Origin: Octopus bimaculoides | Taxonomy: Eukaryota | DNA: 45,070 nucleotides | Reading direction: 5' to 3' | NCBI RefSeq assembly: GCF_001194135.2 | Contig: NC_069000.1 | Coordinates: 197,062 to 242,131 of the forward strand | In this document: piece by piece, positions 1 through 13,739 of the stretch | How positions within the stretch are numbered: the first letter of the stretch is position 1 | Layout of the letters: each line of letters starts with the position of its first letter | Translations under genes and position numbers: made by a program | The notes under the pieces: generated by a model | The model's database searches: none | Told to the model about the DNA's origin: nothing | The model's input: only the letters and a program-made list of their open reading frames with translations

Positions 1-310
1 CAATTGAGCTACAGTGCGCCCTGCGCAAAACCTCTGTATCTGCTACAAAACTCTTCCATTTTACTCCTAGGATGCGTCTTAGGCACTTTTGATGAAACCT
101 TTCTAGCATCTTTACATGACGCTTGTAAGTGGTCCATGTTTCGCCTGAATAAAGAAGTGCAGTCAATACACACGCTTTGTAGATGCTGATTTTCGTCTGC
201 AGGGAGATATCTCTATCAGCCCATACTCGCTTTTCAAGCTTTCCAAATGCAGCACTTCCCTTCGCTATTCGATGGTATATTTCTGCATCAAGATCACCAT
301 CCCTTGACAG
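1..310 (-). mobile_element. RTE-clade LINE fragment (C-terminal part of ORF, downstream of the RT core)
   Basis: Minus strand translates without stops as LSRDGDLDAEIYHRIAKGSAAFGKLEKRVWADRDISLQTKISIYKACVLTALLYSGETWTTYKRHVKMLERFHQKCLRRILGVKWKSFVADTEVLRRAHCSSI. This has the RTE/BovB pattern EI..RI.K...AF..L...VW and LLY..ETW....LE.FH..CLR.IL...W. Runs off the window edge. Confidence 0.9.
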
Positions 311-1204
311 TATGTGTGTGTGTGTGTGTGCGTGGATGGGGGGTGGCTTTGATTTGTTGTCCACAATTATAGATTTTACAATGTTTGGGAATTCGAATTT
401 GTGTTAATAACATGGCATACAGAAAAGCGGAGAGGTAGGGAGGGAGAGAAGAGGATGAAAGAAGGGGGTGGGGAGTGGGGGGATATCAACAAGTCTTAAA
501 GATAAAAAACAAATTACAACAAAAGAAAAATTAAGAAGTTACATAAAATGGTAACCCAAAAAATCCAATAATCATGTTAATAAATACACCGACACCCATA
601 TATCAAAAAGCAAGAAAATATGGGACAAATAGGGAACCTTGATGCAAACCATTGAAAAGGCTTGACATGGGGGTGGGGGTAGGGGGAGAGACGAAACTGG
701 TTGGTTGGTTGGTTACAAGATCAAATAACACCAATTGCTGGTAGCCCAGTGTTTATTTTGTAATTGCCAAACAAGTATAAACAGGGAGGTGGGTTAAGAG
801 AGGGGAAATAATGATGGAGTAGAGGGAGGGAAAGAGGGAGAGTGGGGGAGAGTAAGACAAAGCCCCCAAAATTGGTGACATGGACTGAAATGGTTCTTTG
901 ATCATTGAGATATTGAGAGCCAATATTAACACAACTAGTAATTATATATATGGGCAATATGGAGCAGAGAATGGTGATGATTGGAGGGGGCAAGACAATC
1001 ACTACCTCCTCCTTCTCTTCCCCTCCTTCTCCAACAATTTCATGGACACATTTCTAAACAAACTCTGAAAAACATTTCTTTCAACAAGTCGACACATATT
1101 TGTATTTGTGTCTGCGCGCGTGCGTGCGTGCGTGTGTGTGTGTACACACACACATTCGTACAATGCCTACATATTTTGAATATATTAGTTTATATAAGGT
1201 AGTC

Positions 1205-1393
1205 AACTGGCAGAAATGGTAGCATAGCATTCCATCTGCCTTTACACTCTGAGATCAAATTCTGCCAAAGTTGACTTTGCCTGTCATCCTTTCCGAATTG
1301 ATAAGACCAGTGCCATTTGAGCACGGGAGTTGAAATAATTGACTCCCCCTTTCACCGGAAATTACTGGAATTGCACCAAAATTTGAAGCCAAT
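1205..1393 (+). mobile_element. tRNA-derived SINE, family C in this report (Deu/Nin-like core), degraded
   Basis: ctctgagatcaaattctgccaaagttgactttgcctgtcatcctttccgaattgataagaccag matches the same segment in the copies at 14155, 37571 and 38058. Confidence 0.7.
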
Positions 1394-1406
1394 ATATAAG
1401 TTCAGT

Positions 1407-1623
1407 GGCATAGTTGGGCCATGTGGTAAGAAGTATGCTTCCAAGCCACATGGTTCCTGGTTCAGTCCCACTGCATTACACATTGGGCAAGTGTCTACTA
1501 TAGCCCCAGGCCAACCAAAGCCTGGTGAGTGGATTTCGTAGATGGAATCTGAAAGAAGCCTGTTGTATAATGTGTGTGTGTGTGTGTGTGTATGTGTTTG
1601 TCTCCTGCCACGCTTGATGACCA
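1407..1623 (+). mobile_element. tRNA-derived SINE, family A in this report
   Basis: Head atgtggtaagaag...ggttcagtcccactgc, core ttgggcaagtgtctactatagcc...gtgagtggatttcgtagatggaatctgaaagaagcc, then an internal (TG)n; shared with copies at 15668, 30641 and 40133. Confidence 0.8.
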
Positions 1624-1647
1624 TTGAACCTCCATTTCCATTACCTG

Positions 1648-1870
1648 TATGGAATGTTTGGGATTGATGTATGACGGATTGTCCATACTACAAATAGTTG
1701 AGAAGCCAACCACAGCATGCTGGAAAACACAGAGAATATTAGTCATCCAAATATTTAGGAACTTATTGACGTGATTAAATGTGAGGAAAGGTTTTCTAGT
1801 ACCAAATTGCAGAAGTTTATGGAAGGAGAAAAACCAAGCCAAAAGAAAAAAATACAGAGATATGAACCTG
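1648..1870 (+). mobile_element. Degraded MULE/Mutator-like transposase relic
   Basis: Frame from 1648 reads YGMFGIDV*RIVHTTNS*EANHSMLENTENISHPNI*ELIDVIKCEERFSSTKLQKFMEGEKPSQKKKIQRYE, resembling the MULE C-terminal pattern RTNN..E.WH......HPNIW..I..LK.EE...G..P..KKK.Y; several in-frame stops. Confidence 0.65.
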
Positions 1871-2622
1871 CATATAAAGAAATGTCCTGGAAAAATATGA
1901 TTGAAGCCAAAAAATTATTTTTCTAAAAGCAATTGTACACAATCTTAAATTTTAAGAAAAATTAAATATGTAATACAGCAAACCTTAAAATAAATGCTTT
2001 TTAATTCAGATATCCAAAATGTAAGAGAATTAGAAACAAACTTATTCGACCATGGGATGGAATGTGGGGGTGGGGGCAGATAAAAGAGGCAGGGACGGAC
2101 ACGTTGAGGAATTGTTCTAAATCAAGCCAGGAGATGGGTGTGTCCATAGGAGCTGATGGTAACAGCAGGACAAGGAGACATAGATGAGTGAACTGATATT
2201 GAAGAGTGTGAAATATTGTAGGGATATCTCATTACTCAGTTAGCAAAGAATGTAGGACAACTGTGACACACAAGCAGACGTGTGTGTGTGAAACATATAT
2301 GCAGACACACACGCATATGGATTCTAAGAGAATGTATAGAATACACACACACACACAAACTAACATCAACATAGTCATGTATTATTTCTGTGACACATAC
2401 ACAACAGCAGCCACGTCCTTAAATTTTTGTATAGATTGTGTATGTCTAAACACACACACACACACATAGATGCAGGGGGGGGGGATATGGTTATGTAGTG
2501 AAGAAGTTTACTTCCCAACTCTGTGGCACTGGAGATAACTGTCTTCCATTTTAGCCCTGAGCAAACCAAAACCTTCTGTGTGAATTTAATAGATGGAAAA
2601 GATGAAAGAAGCCCACTGAGTG

Positions 2623-2655
<33 letters not shown>

Positions 2656-3949
2656 TTGTATGTGTGAGCGTGTGTTTATGTTGGCATCGTGTGGTTGTTG
2701 TCGAACAACCCTACAAGATATGTCATTCATCTGGCTGCAGGAAAAATTGACCCAAACAAATTTCATCCGACACATGCAAGCATGGAAAAGTAAACATTGA
2801 AATAACGATAATGATGATATATACAATAATGTAAAGAGAATGAAACACATTTTTTTAATGTTCGATGTGACAAAATGCATAGGATATTCTCTCAAGCAGT
2901 CAAGTATATTATCTATAAAACTGCAGGTCATCAACATATCACTGCCTGGCCGTCTGGATCTGCCCAGATCAGTGGGAACAAGCTCTCCTGAAGCCACAAG
3001 GTTTCAAAGCAAACTTCTTAGCCACAACACCATGCCACTGGCAGCCATTACAATTGCTAAAAGACTAGGTACCAAGTCTTGAAAGACAAATTGGAACAGA
3101 TGTGTTCTGCTCAAAATTACACCAAAGTGTCCTTATTAACGGATCCCTCATTGGACGGGTGATGTCCCTTTCATTTGTATAGGGGCATTGCACTCATGAT
3201 TCAGTGTTAAACTAAATTCTTTTCCTTTCATGGTTTTGGTTGTGCCCTGTGTGTAAGTCAGACCCCAGTTCTTTCAGTTAAAAAAATCAAATATGAAATA
3301 ATGAAAACTAAGTGAATAGGGCATCACACACACAAATCCCTTTTTAAAAAGGAAACCCATTAAACATTTCATCTTCAGACAATATCGAGCAGAAACCAGT
3401 TCAGTTCTGGAATCACAGTTCCATTAGTTTCAGTCACACAATCAAATTGAAGCTAGTTCTATATCATTGCGTTGTTGTGGCTGTCGTTGTCAAGGATGCT
3501 TTTCTTAGCAACATCCAGTCAGTATAGATGTCTGTTTTTAGATCTTACCTGTTTGTTCATTGCCAAAGTAATGTAGATTGACGAGATGATGAGGATGGTG
3601 GTGGTGGTGGAGGTAATGATTGTGCTAGCTGTGGTGATGGCAGTGGCGGTGGTGGTGGTGGTGACAGCAGTAGCTGTGATAGTTAGAAAGAGTTTGTGGT
3701 ATCTTCCTCTAGACTAATCCTGTCCTTAATTACAAAACTCGTAGACAACAAAATTGAAGGAAGGAAGGAAGGAAGGAAGGAAGGAGAAACAAGTGAGATT
3801 GTGGGGGTGGGTTAGGGTGGAAATATCATGGATGATGAGAGAGGAAAAGAGACAAGGAATAGAAATGAAGGAAGAATAGAAACAGAACTGAGAAAGAGAA
3901 GAAGAGGAAAGAAAAGCAGGACAAGACGCAGAGAGAGAGAGAGAGAGGG

Positions 3950-3985
<36 letters not shown>

Positions 3986-4215
3986 CAAAGGAATGAGAGA
4001 AAAAAGAGAGAAAACTGAGTATCACAACTGTCATTATTATTATTATCATTATTATTAGTATTACCCCTACTCCTCTCTTTTTCTCACATGTAGCCATCTT
4101 CATGACAATTATCACTGATTTCTTCTCTTTCCAGCAAAGATTGATCTCATTACAGATATCACACACAACTTATACCAACAGTGACAGTATAACACATCCC
4201 AGCCACTGATAAATG

Positions 4216-4256
4216 TGCATGTGTGTGCGCGCGCGCGTGCGTGCGTGCGTGCGTGC

Positions 4257-4292
<36 letters not shown>

Positions 4293-4295
4293 ATA
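4216..4295. repeat. Compound (CG)n/(GCGT)n/(GT)n alternating purine-pyrimidine tract
   Basis: gtgcatgtgtgtgcgcgcgcgcgtgcgtgcgtgcgtgcgtgcgtgtgtgt... read directly. Confidence 0.9.
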
Positions 4296-5438
4296 CAAAG
4301 GAAAGAACGGAGTATTGCACAATGCTGGCTCAAACAAGGTCGATAGGTGTTCATTGCATACAACATACCTCTCACACGCATGCAGACAGCAGTTGTCACA
4401 TATACAAACACACACTGCCTACAGCTACCAGACTCATGCAAATACACTGTACATCTTGCACTCCCAGTGTCCCACAAACCAGCACCATTCCCAATTGTCA
4501 TATATCTTTCTTGATCATTTACAGTTACCTCACTTCTAGATTTTTTTCCAGATTGCTCTCAGACCCTGCATACAGTTCAAACTGGCCTCACATGCTGTTC
4601 ACACCAGTGAAATATTGAACACTGTTGCCCAATTCTAGACTTCACTCATGTGGTGATAATCCTTTCTACTTTTGAGATAATAAGAGGATGAAAACCTAGA
4701 ACAAGTCAACTCTGATTAATGAGAGAATCTCTGTAGTTGCTTGACCTCCTAGAAATAGGAGCTAACCAAGGAGTTTCTACACAAGATGATAGAAATAACA
4801 GCCAAATTTTTCCTAATTTGCATACTCTACCATCTAAAAGAAATCTCCTTGCTTTTTGTTCTTTTTTAATGGGTTACTCTGAGCAGGAAGGGCCACACCT
4901 ACAACCCTTTCCAGACTGAGTAGTGGAAGTTATTCTAAGGCCAGGAATTTGATTCAAATGTCTACAGCAGAATGGACCCTACTAAAAGCAGCCAACTGTC
5001 AGGAGGTGGAGGTGAAACTTGGCAAGAGGTTAAGGAGGAGATGTATGAAAAAGACAGGGTGGTCATAATGGGAAACTTTTAACCTTAAGTCTACTCATTT
5101 AGGGCTAACCTGGGGGTGGAAGGTCCAAACAATAACAACTCCATCTCTGATGTGAGAGAAAGACAGAGAAAGAGAGAACCTAAACCTGGTGGCTCCAGCT
5201 GGCAGAAATAAAAGGCAAATATCTTTCAAATCACACCTTGCTGTTGTTTTAAAAAGAATGGAATAAAACATTGCATGATGTAATCCCAGATACACTGTGA
5301 CTGAACAACAACAAATAAATAAACATATAGAATAATAAAGACATACAGAAATGGCCACATCCTTCTGTTTGTTCAGGCGTGACCTGATCATAGTGGATAA
5401 GAAGGGAGGGGGAGGAGATGAGAGAGACAAAAACACCC

Positions 5439-5632
5439 NNNNNNNNNNNNNNNNNNNNNNNNNNNNNNNNNNNNNNNNNNNNNNNNNNNNNNNNNNNNNN
5501 NNNNNNNNNNNNNNNNNNNNNNNNNNNNNNNNNNNNNNNNNNNNNNNNNNNNNNNNNNNNNNNNNNNNNNNNNNNNNNNNNNNNNNNNNNNNNNNNNNNN
5601 NNNNNNNNNNNNNNNNNNNNNNNNNNNNNNNN
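5439..5632. other. Assembly gap (N run)
   Basis: Run of n. Confidence 1.
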
Positions 5633-6811
5633 TCTATGAATAATTCATTCCAACAATATTGGACTTTTCCCACTAAATTCCTCTCTTCTCAGATTTTCCT
5701 TCCATTCCATTTCTTGAATTATTATTATTTTTCTTTTTTAAACTTTGGTCAAGTTTTGTCTGCTAGGGTGTACTTTTTTTTCTTTTTGTTGTCCCCAACC
5801 CCCACCATCACCTCAAGTAAATTTATTTATTTATTTGACTTCTGCAGTGAAATGCTGCACTGGATGGAGAAGATCTGCCCAACCTATAACACATATATAT
5901 ATGTGAATAGATGGGAAAATAATGAGAATGATGATGATGATGATGATGATGATGATGGGGGGGGGGATGACAATGACAGTGATGACTGATGATGATAGCA
6001 ATGATGATGATGATGGTGATCTGCATTAAAAATCAAACCCAGAATAAAGAAGAACCAGCTCCAACATCTGACAGTTGTTTCTTTGAGTAGAGTGTGTGTG
6101 TGTGTGTGTGTGTGTTACATACATGCATGAATGTGTGCTTCAGTGTATTATACTTGTGTGTGTGTGTGTATTTGTGCATGTGTACAGTATATGCATAAAT
6201 ACATGTGCATATGCATATAAATACACACGTGCACACACACACATCCTTACATATGTAAGGGTGTATTTGTGAGGTTCAGATCACAACATGAAATGGAAAT
6301 ACATAAAAAGAAACCAATAAAAAAAAAGAAAAAAAACGAAAGAACAACAAAACAAAAAAAGTAGAGAAAAGGAAAAAAGAAAAGAACGAAGGAAAGCATG
6401 AAAATAATCTGCATATTGGAGAGGCTGGAATAACAATGGCAATCAGGACAATCTTGTGTCCATCTAAGCCAGTCGGTCAACTAATTTGAAGAGATTTACC
6501 ATTATGTAGAAAAGATGGAACTGAAAGAGATTGCTTGTCACCAGTCACTGTCCACTTCGATCTTTCTCTCTCTCGAAAATGTCAACAGAATGCTAAGAGA
6601 GAGAGAGAGGTAGATATGTCTTTTGTCTCAGATTCTATCATGAGCAGCTGGTTTCTAACCACTACCATCATGGCAACACCACTCACACACAATTCTCTTT
6701 CATCCCGTGTTTGTGTGCGTGTGGATAACTTGTTGTGTGTGTATTTCTCTCTCTGTCTATCTCTGTCTCAGACTTTCTGCCTCTCTGCATCTCTCTTCTT
6801 TCTCTAGTTCA

Positions 6812-6842
<31 letters not shown>

Positions 6843-7611
6843 ATAAGCAGGAGATGTTTATCTTTAACAGGCTGGAAATGAGAAGCAATTTGACAGGACG
6901 GTAATGGCTTGGTTCTGTTCTGCTGAGAAAAGGCTGGAACCGTATTGATTATGCTTTAAGAGCTGGGTGGGGGGAAGAAATAACTTGTGGACCGTTCATG
7001 TCCTCAGACATCTTACCGAGTCGGATTTGATTGGCAGCCAATTAGCTCGGTGAATGAGGTGTTAGAAAGGATTGAGGCAGAGTGGATGGAAGGTGTGGTG
7101 CAGAGGTAGGGAAGGACTGATGGTAATAGTAATAATAATAATAATAATAATGATTCTAATAAAAATAAGTTGCAACCTGTACATGACAGTGAAATTGAGT
7201 CAACACAATGGAAGACAGCAGCAGAGAAATTTTAGAAAAATTTAGTGACTGCAAATACTTTGTCACACAATCTGCTGCACCACCACCACCACCGCCGCCG
7301 CCACCACCACCAAAACCACTTTTTCTATCAACCAACCAAAGTTTATCTTGTTCTTTCTCTCTAAGCATTTCAGAATCTATTTCCAAAGAATATTTTTATT
7401 TTTAAGAGTGTGTTTTTTATTAAATTTAAGAAAAATTTTTTTTTTCTCTACCCCATGTTGTTTTGTTTTTGAAAATTTCCAAAACCAATTCTAAGAAAAC
7501 TCTTAACAGAAAATGGGAGAGATTCTATTCAAAGAATGTTAAGCAAGATAAAAAGAAAGAGAAAGAAATCCCCAAAAATATATTCAAAGAATGTCCTGGA
7601 GGTGTAATTAT

Positions 7612-7793
7612 TGGTTTCAAATTTTGGTGCTAGGCTAGCAATTTCAGGGGCAAATTGATTAGATTGATCCCAGTGCATAACTGGTACTAAGGACAAAAGG
7701 CAAAGTCAACTTCAGCTGAATTTGAACTCAGAATGTGAAGACGGAGAAAATGCCAATTAGCATCTGATCCAGTAAGCTAACGATTCTGCCATC
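7612..7793 (-). mobile_element. SINE family C copy
   Basis: aaggcaaagtcaacttcagctgaatttgaactcagaatgtgaagacgga...gctaacgattctgcca is the reverse complement of the family C head and core. Confidence 0.75.
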
Positions 7794-8150
7794 GTTGGAA
7801 GATGTAATTAATAGCTTTTTGTTATTTATTTTGTTTCTGAATTCCTCAAAAGACAAAAAAAAAACTTGAAATACTTGCTCAAGAAAACAAAAAACTGATC
7901 CCTAGGGGTAAGTCTTCATCAACTCAGCATTCCTTGTATTCATTTATTCTTTCACTGGTTTCAGTCATTAAAGTGTGACCATGCTGGAGCTCCCCTTTAT
8001 AATATTCCTGCCAACATATCAACCTGGCTATACGTTTTATCAACTTCAGAAGAACGAAAAACAAAATAAACCTCAAGCTGCTGGAAACAGAAGCCAAATC
8101 TCCCTAGAATCCCTTCCATAGAATATTTCTTTCTTTTTTTTAATGACAGC

Positions 8151-8345
8151 TTTATCTTTTCTTCTTTTACTTGTTTCAGTCATTAACCTACGGCCATACT
8201 GGAGCACTGCTCTGAAGTTTTAGTCAAAGAAATCAATCCCAGGAGTTAATTCAAAATCTAGCACTTACTCTATCAGTCTGTTTTGTGGAACTGCTAAGTC
8301 ACAATGATGCAAACAAACCAACACTGGTTGTCAAATGATGGTTGT
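8151..8345 (-). mobile_element. SINE family A, 3' half
   Basis: ttttacttgtttcagtcatt...ggccatactggagcac is the reverse complement of the family tail gtgctccagcatggcc...aatgactgaaacaagtaaaa. Confidence 0.7.
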
Positions 8346-11260
8346 GGTGTGACAGATTAAGCAAGTTCTGCCGCTCACTTATTGTCCTTCCAAGCAATTT
8401 CCATCGCAAGGATTGGGTGAAATGATACTTACCCCAGATATTGCAAAGTGCGATGGTGAAAGGAACCAGACGAATGGGAAAAGGGGTTATATTAACCAGA
8501 TGGAGGTGCCTGTGTGACCCGAGAGTTGAATTATTAACTTACTGTCACCCCTCTGTATCCCAAGTTCAAATCTTACCATGGTTGAAACATTGTCCTCCAT
8601 GAAATAAATGAGTAGCTACAAGCCATGGGACCTCTACATGGTTACTGAACCTGTTAAAGATAGCAGCTAAGTCTCCCTTAAACCACCATCTGACAATTTT
8701 TAAAGAAGGATATGCACATTGAATACTGCAGTCCTAGATACACTATCTAATAAAAGGTGGGATGGTCACAGCTGGACAGCCTTTCATCTGATCTGAGTAA
8801 ACAACAACAAACAGCAGCTGGAGTTCATTCACAATCTCTCCTTCTTCAACACTTCTCTCTCTCTCTCTCTCTACAAAAACAATTTAGTCTTACATCTCAG
8901 AAATAAAGCCATTTTTCCCCATTTTATTTCTAGTGTTATTAAAATTAGTTGGGGGGGGGGAGTATACAAATATGAAAAATAAAAACAGAAAAGGAAAAAA
9001 AAATTCTGCAAAGTTGCAACTTTAGATTGCAATCGGTTTGGCATTTGATTGCCTGTTATGTGAAGTTAATGCAGTTTGTTTTTTTTTTTGTTTCTTTATG
9101 ATGTTGGTGATTGTTGTTATCGAGCCCCCCCCTCCCCCGCCAACCATTGCCTCACATTCGTAGCACTTTGTGCTGTTAGAGTTTTTGCCTACAGTCTGTC
9201 GAATCTGTGGAAGGAAATGAAATGCTTATGAATGTTTCATTGGTTTTATTGGTGATGGTGGGAGATTGAATGGTGGAAAATTGTCAATCAGGGGACCGTG
9301 AAATCGAGAGAGATGGAAGGGGGGGGACGAGAGCAGTGAAAGAAGGGAAGTGTGTTTGTGTCCCCACCTCTCCATAAGTTTATGTAATGAAGAAAGTGAG
9401 AAAAGAATTATAAGGGAGGAGCTTCATGAAACTGAGAAGGATGGGAGGAGGAGGAGGAGAAAAGTGATGAGGTGGGTGGGAGAGTAAAGAAATAGAGTAA
9501 AATTTGAAAGAAACAAAACAGAAAGAGTGGGGAGGAGGAGTAAGAGGTAGAAAGAGTGGGAGTGAATGAGGTTAGAAGACAAAAAAAATACTTATTTCTG
9601 ATTAGCAAAAAGAAATCCACCAAAAAAAGTAAAAAAAAAAAACAAAAGCAAGACTTAATGATTGTTGTTGTAGTTTAGCCCAAGGTCAGCTCTAATCAAC
9701 CAGATCTACAATCAAAGACAAACCAGTCATGAGCATTTAGTCTCATTTTTTTTTTTTTTTTTTTTTTGGTTTCAAATATATCTGAGAATACATTAACCCA
9801 AGTATCCTTCCTTTTTCAACAGTAATATGCTGAGGGAGATTTGGGCTGCTATTTCTAGCAGCCTCACTCTAATGGCTCAAAACACCCTAACAGAACTAAT
9901 TTCTTTAAAACCCTTGTCCAACCTATGTTGTAGTTATCATAACCATCTAGCAGTTTTCTGGTTTATTTATCTACATATATATAATTCTTTGTCTCTCTCT
10001 CTGTCTGTTCCCTATGCATTCTCAAACAACTTGACCAAATCAAATCAAATTTTCCAAGGTAATAATATCAGACCCCATGAGTGTCAACATGTAACTTTTT
10101 TTGTCATTTGGATTAAAACGATACAACATTGGCACTGGTTCGGTATTACATGTCAAAAGTGAAAGAATAACATCTGTATTGTAATGGGATACAATACTGT
10201 TTCACAAAAGCAATGTTATCTCAACAAAAATATGATGACAAAAGGGTTTAACTATTGAATGTCAGGATGGTCCCCAACCAGACACTTCTGCAACATGTCC
10301 ATTTCCTTTGCTTGACATCCTATGCAACGTTGAGCTGGGATTTTGAGTGGATTGGTATCACAAAGGTTAAACACAATTTATATACATCTATATATAAACA
10401 AAATTTTGGCATTTTCACCACAGAAAATACTCATAAATTCTGTAAACTCAGAAATCCTAGTAAGCAAGATCTGTGTGTGTGTGTGTAGTCGTTGAGGAAG
10501 TAGAATCACAGCGTATTACATAATTTGATACAACATAATATTTGGTAGAAGAACAGCAGAAGAATTAGTAACTGATAATACTAAAAGAAAACTGTCCGTT
10601 AAAAGTAGGCAGTGTGTGTGTGTGTGTGTGTGTGGTGCTTTTAAGAAATTCACATTGGAATCATAGGGTTCTGGGTTCAATCCAGCAGCAGAGTATTTTA
10701 GTGTCTAGGGCTGGGTACCTTAGAACATGTTTGGGTGTATGCAAGTGATGAGATGAGATTGTGTAGAAGCTCGTCAATTGGGCTACGGAAGACTGTTCTG
10801 AGGTGGTGGTCAGCAGAAAAATGAGGACATTTGACAGGCAATCATTCAATGAAAAAAGAACGGTTAAGAAACTTACCTAAGGAATATGACCTGGCCATAC
10901 GGTACAAAAACTACATACATAAACATATATATATATATACATACATGTATAATGTGAAATGATAATGATGGAGTTAGGAATTCAGACTATAATTCCCTGT
11001 TTAACCAACATCAGTGGATATATTTTTCCCTGTTTTTTGTTTTTGTCTTCCACTTTTATATAAGGATTATTTGCTTTAGATGTGTTTTGCTTCCCAGTGT
11101 TTTTTGCTTTTGTTTCATTTCTGATTCCAAATTCAGCAACAAGCTGCTCTTTATTCTCAACTTAACTTTCCACTTAAAGTTTGTTTTCATTCTGTTTTTT
11201 TTTTATTCTTTAGCTTTTTTCTTTTGTAACTGTGCTCCTGCATATGTGTGTGTATGTATG

Positions 11261-11330
<70 letters not shown>

Positions 11331-12739
11331 GCTTGTTTGAATTGTCAAATGTTTAAACAACAAAAACGGTGGCTGCCTGTCGGGCCATAAACATCCAGCA
11401 ATGAGCTGATCTGTGAACTCCACATAAAATCAGAGGGTTTGGAAAGCAAGATGTGGTCAGAGCTATTTCTCTGACCCACATCTATTCTCTGAAACAAGTC
11501 TGGGCAGCTCAAGAACTGCGGAAACAAGAGAGATCCTTATTGTTTTAGTGCCAGCCAATCTGAGACCACCCTTGGTTTTGTCTCATGAAATTGAAAATTT
11601 TAACAAGTTTGTGTCACAATTAAATAAAATTACTTGTTATTTTATATTAGAACAATGTGTTTTTTTTTACAAAGTTATGTCACTGAAGGTTGGTGGGTGG
11701 GTGCTGGGTGTTTGGTGGGACTGTTGTATATGTACGACATTGACTCAACTTCACTAATTTCATAGACTCCCATTATTGTATTCCTTCAAAACAATTGTGA
11801 AAAGGGAAGGGGAGTAGGCACTGCTCTTCTAACAATTAACTGAACAGCTTAATTGGGGAAGTTGCTCTGTGTGTGGTTGGAGATGTCTCAATCACAGATT
11901 TGTACTTTATTCATTTGAACAATGCCACTTTGTTGGGGAGGGGAAAAAAACCCGATACTCTTGCCCACAGGGTAATCTGAGCTAATGAAGGATTCTCTCG
12001 GTTGCTTGAACTGGGAAAAACAACAGCCAAATCACCCTCAATTCACACTGTAGGGTCTTTAAAGTAGAAAAGGAAACATTAAATAATGTAGTTCTGTCTG
12101 AAGAATAAGGTGGAAGAAGAAAGGCAGGATAGTCACAATTGGATAGTCTTTGGGCATAGATTAGTTTGATCAGGACTGAGCTTAAACCTAACAATTACAA
12201 CAATAGCAAAAGAGTAAAAAAATAAAAGTCTCTATACTGGTGATTAACAGGAAAATACTTCCTCCATTCACACAACCTCCTTAAAAGTAGGAAAGGCCCT
12301 ACTATTTGATAAAAAAAAAAATTAAAAAACCAGTGAGATAGCCACAGCTGGAGTGTCTTCTAATCATATACTCATTCATATTGGTGTGTGTGAGGCTGAC
12401 AGAACTGGAAGTAAAGAAGAACCAACATGATGACAACTGGATGTGTGTGTGATTTTATTTATTAATCGCATGCTCACAACACAAGGCACACACGCACACA
12501 CTAATATCCGGTGCAACACACATGGATGGACACTAATACGAATGCAGTTCACATGCGCACACACACACACACACACTAATATCCAATGCGTTGTGTGGTG
12601 AGAATGTCAAGTGTTGCTATGTAAACCTCTTCACTTGATCAATAGATATCCTCTGAATATCAATCAAAATTACATTTAGACTATCATGTGTGTGTGTGCA
12701 CATGTGATTGTGTCTATTGTGTGCGAGTATGTGTGCATG

Positions 12740-12791
<52 letters not shown>

Positions 12792-12863
12792 TTTATAGCA
12801 TTGTTCAAGCTGCTGCTGTTTTAGCCTCAAGTTAGTCCTGATCAAGCAGACTTATGATCAAAG

Positions 12864-12905
12864 NNNNNNNNNNNNNNNNNNNNNNNNNNNNNNNNNNNNN
12901 NNNNN
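12864..12905. other. Assembly gap (N run)
   Basis: Run of n. Confidence 1.
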
Positions 12906-13739
12906 ACAAACAAACCAGTAAGTTGTGATTTGAAGGAAGTTTGAATTTTATTACAAGCAGACTGCAGTGGCCACACTGAGGTTCGCTTCATCTTTAATTT
13001 ATTCCTGGTTGAGTTAACCTCAGACCCCAACTATTCCAACCACAACAATCGCAAATAATGTCCTAAAGCTATTCAATATGTTCTTCCTGCTTAAGGTGTG
13101 ATTAAAGGGAAATATTGCAGCTGATTCGAACAGATTGACTCAAAGAATAACTGTGGAGAGTCTATCTGGATTTTGTTGTTGATTAGCTTCAAGTTGGCTC
13201 TAATCAGACAATTGATCAAAGACAATCTAGCCATGACCAAACCATTTTTTCGAGACACAAAACATGCAACAAGGACTGCTTTATCTAATATGTCCATTCA
13301 AGATCCGGGGATATGATTAAAGAGAAAATTTGGCCACTATTTCTAGCATATCAAGTGATCACTTAAAGGCCACCTGTTCAGCTCTTTGTCGCCATAGTTC
13401 CTGGTACAGTTTCTGTTATAATTACAGTTACCATGACAACAAGAATTGCGAGTTTTTCCTTCTTTTCTATTATACAATGGTTAGCTTCAGTGTGTGGACT
13501 GTGGCCATGCTGGTGCTCACCGCTTCCACCTTCAACGATGGTAGTTCCTTCCAGCAGTTACTTAAATCACGAAAGTAACGAAAAAAGGGAGACAACTCGG
13601 TCAGACGTAAATATTGCCAAGTGATTTTTTGTTTATGCCAGTTATTTATACACACACACATATCTATACACACACACATATCTATACACACAAATGTATA
13701 CTCATATACATATATTATATACACACACACACACACCTG

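Noticed and set aside
3549-3750. Minus-strand donor CAG|GTAAGA at 3549 after a His/Pro/Thr-rich stretch as a further coding exon
   Set aside because: The phase-1 frame has nearby stops and no ATG, the other frames are trinucleotide-repeat translations, and there is no CLC similarity.
4990-5090. DRVVIMGNF* as a LINE endonuclease motif
   Set aside because: A single short motif with no supporting flanking similarity.
6247-6480. TDWLRW peptide as the CLC TIDW motif
   Set aside because: The preceding DDFH is missing and the downstream sequence has no CLC similarity; likely chance.
8420-8530. ATACTTACC (U1 snRNA 5'-like) or a minus-strand donor GG|GTAAGTAT
   Set aside because: No further U1 similarity; the candidate exon is closed in the frame needed to continue the CDS.
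12910-13400. Possible decayed coding sequence (also 21200-21700, 33040-33640 and 38480-39110)
   Set aside because: Composition suggests old TE relics, but no frame gave a motif I can name; needs tblastx/HMM searches.
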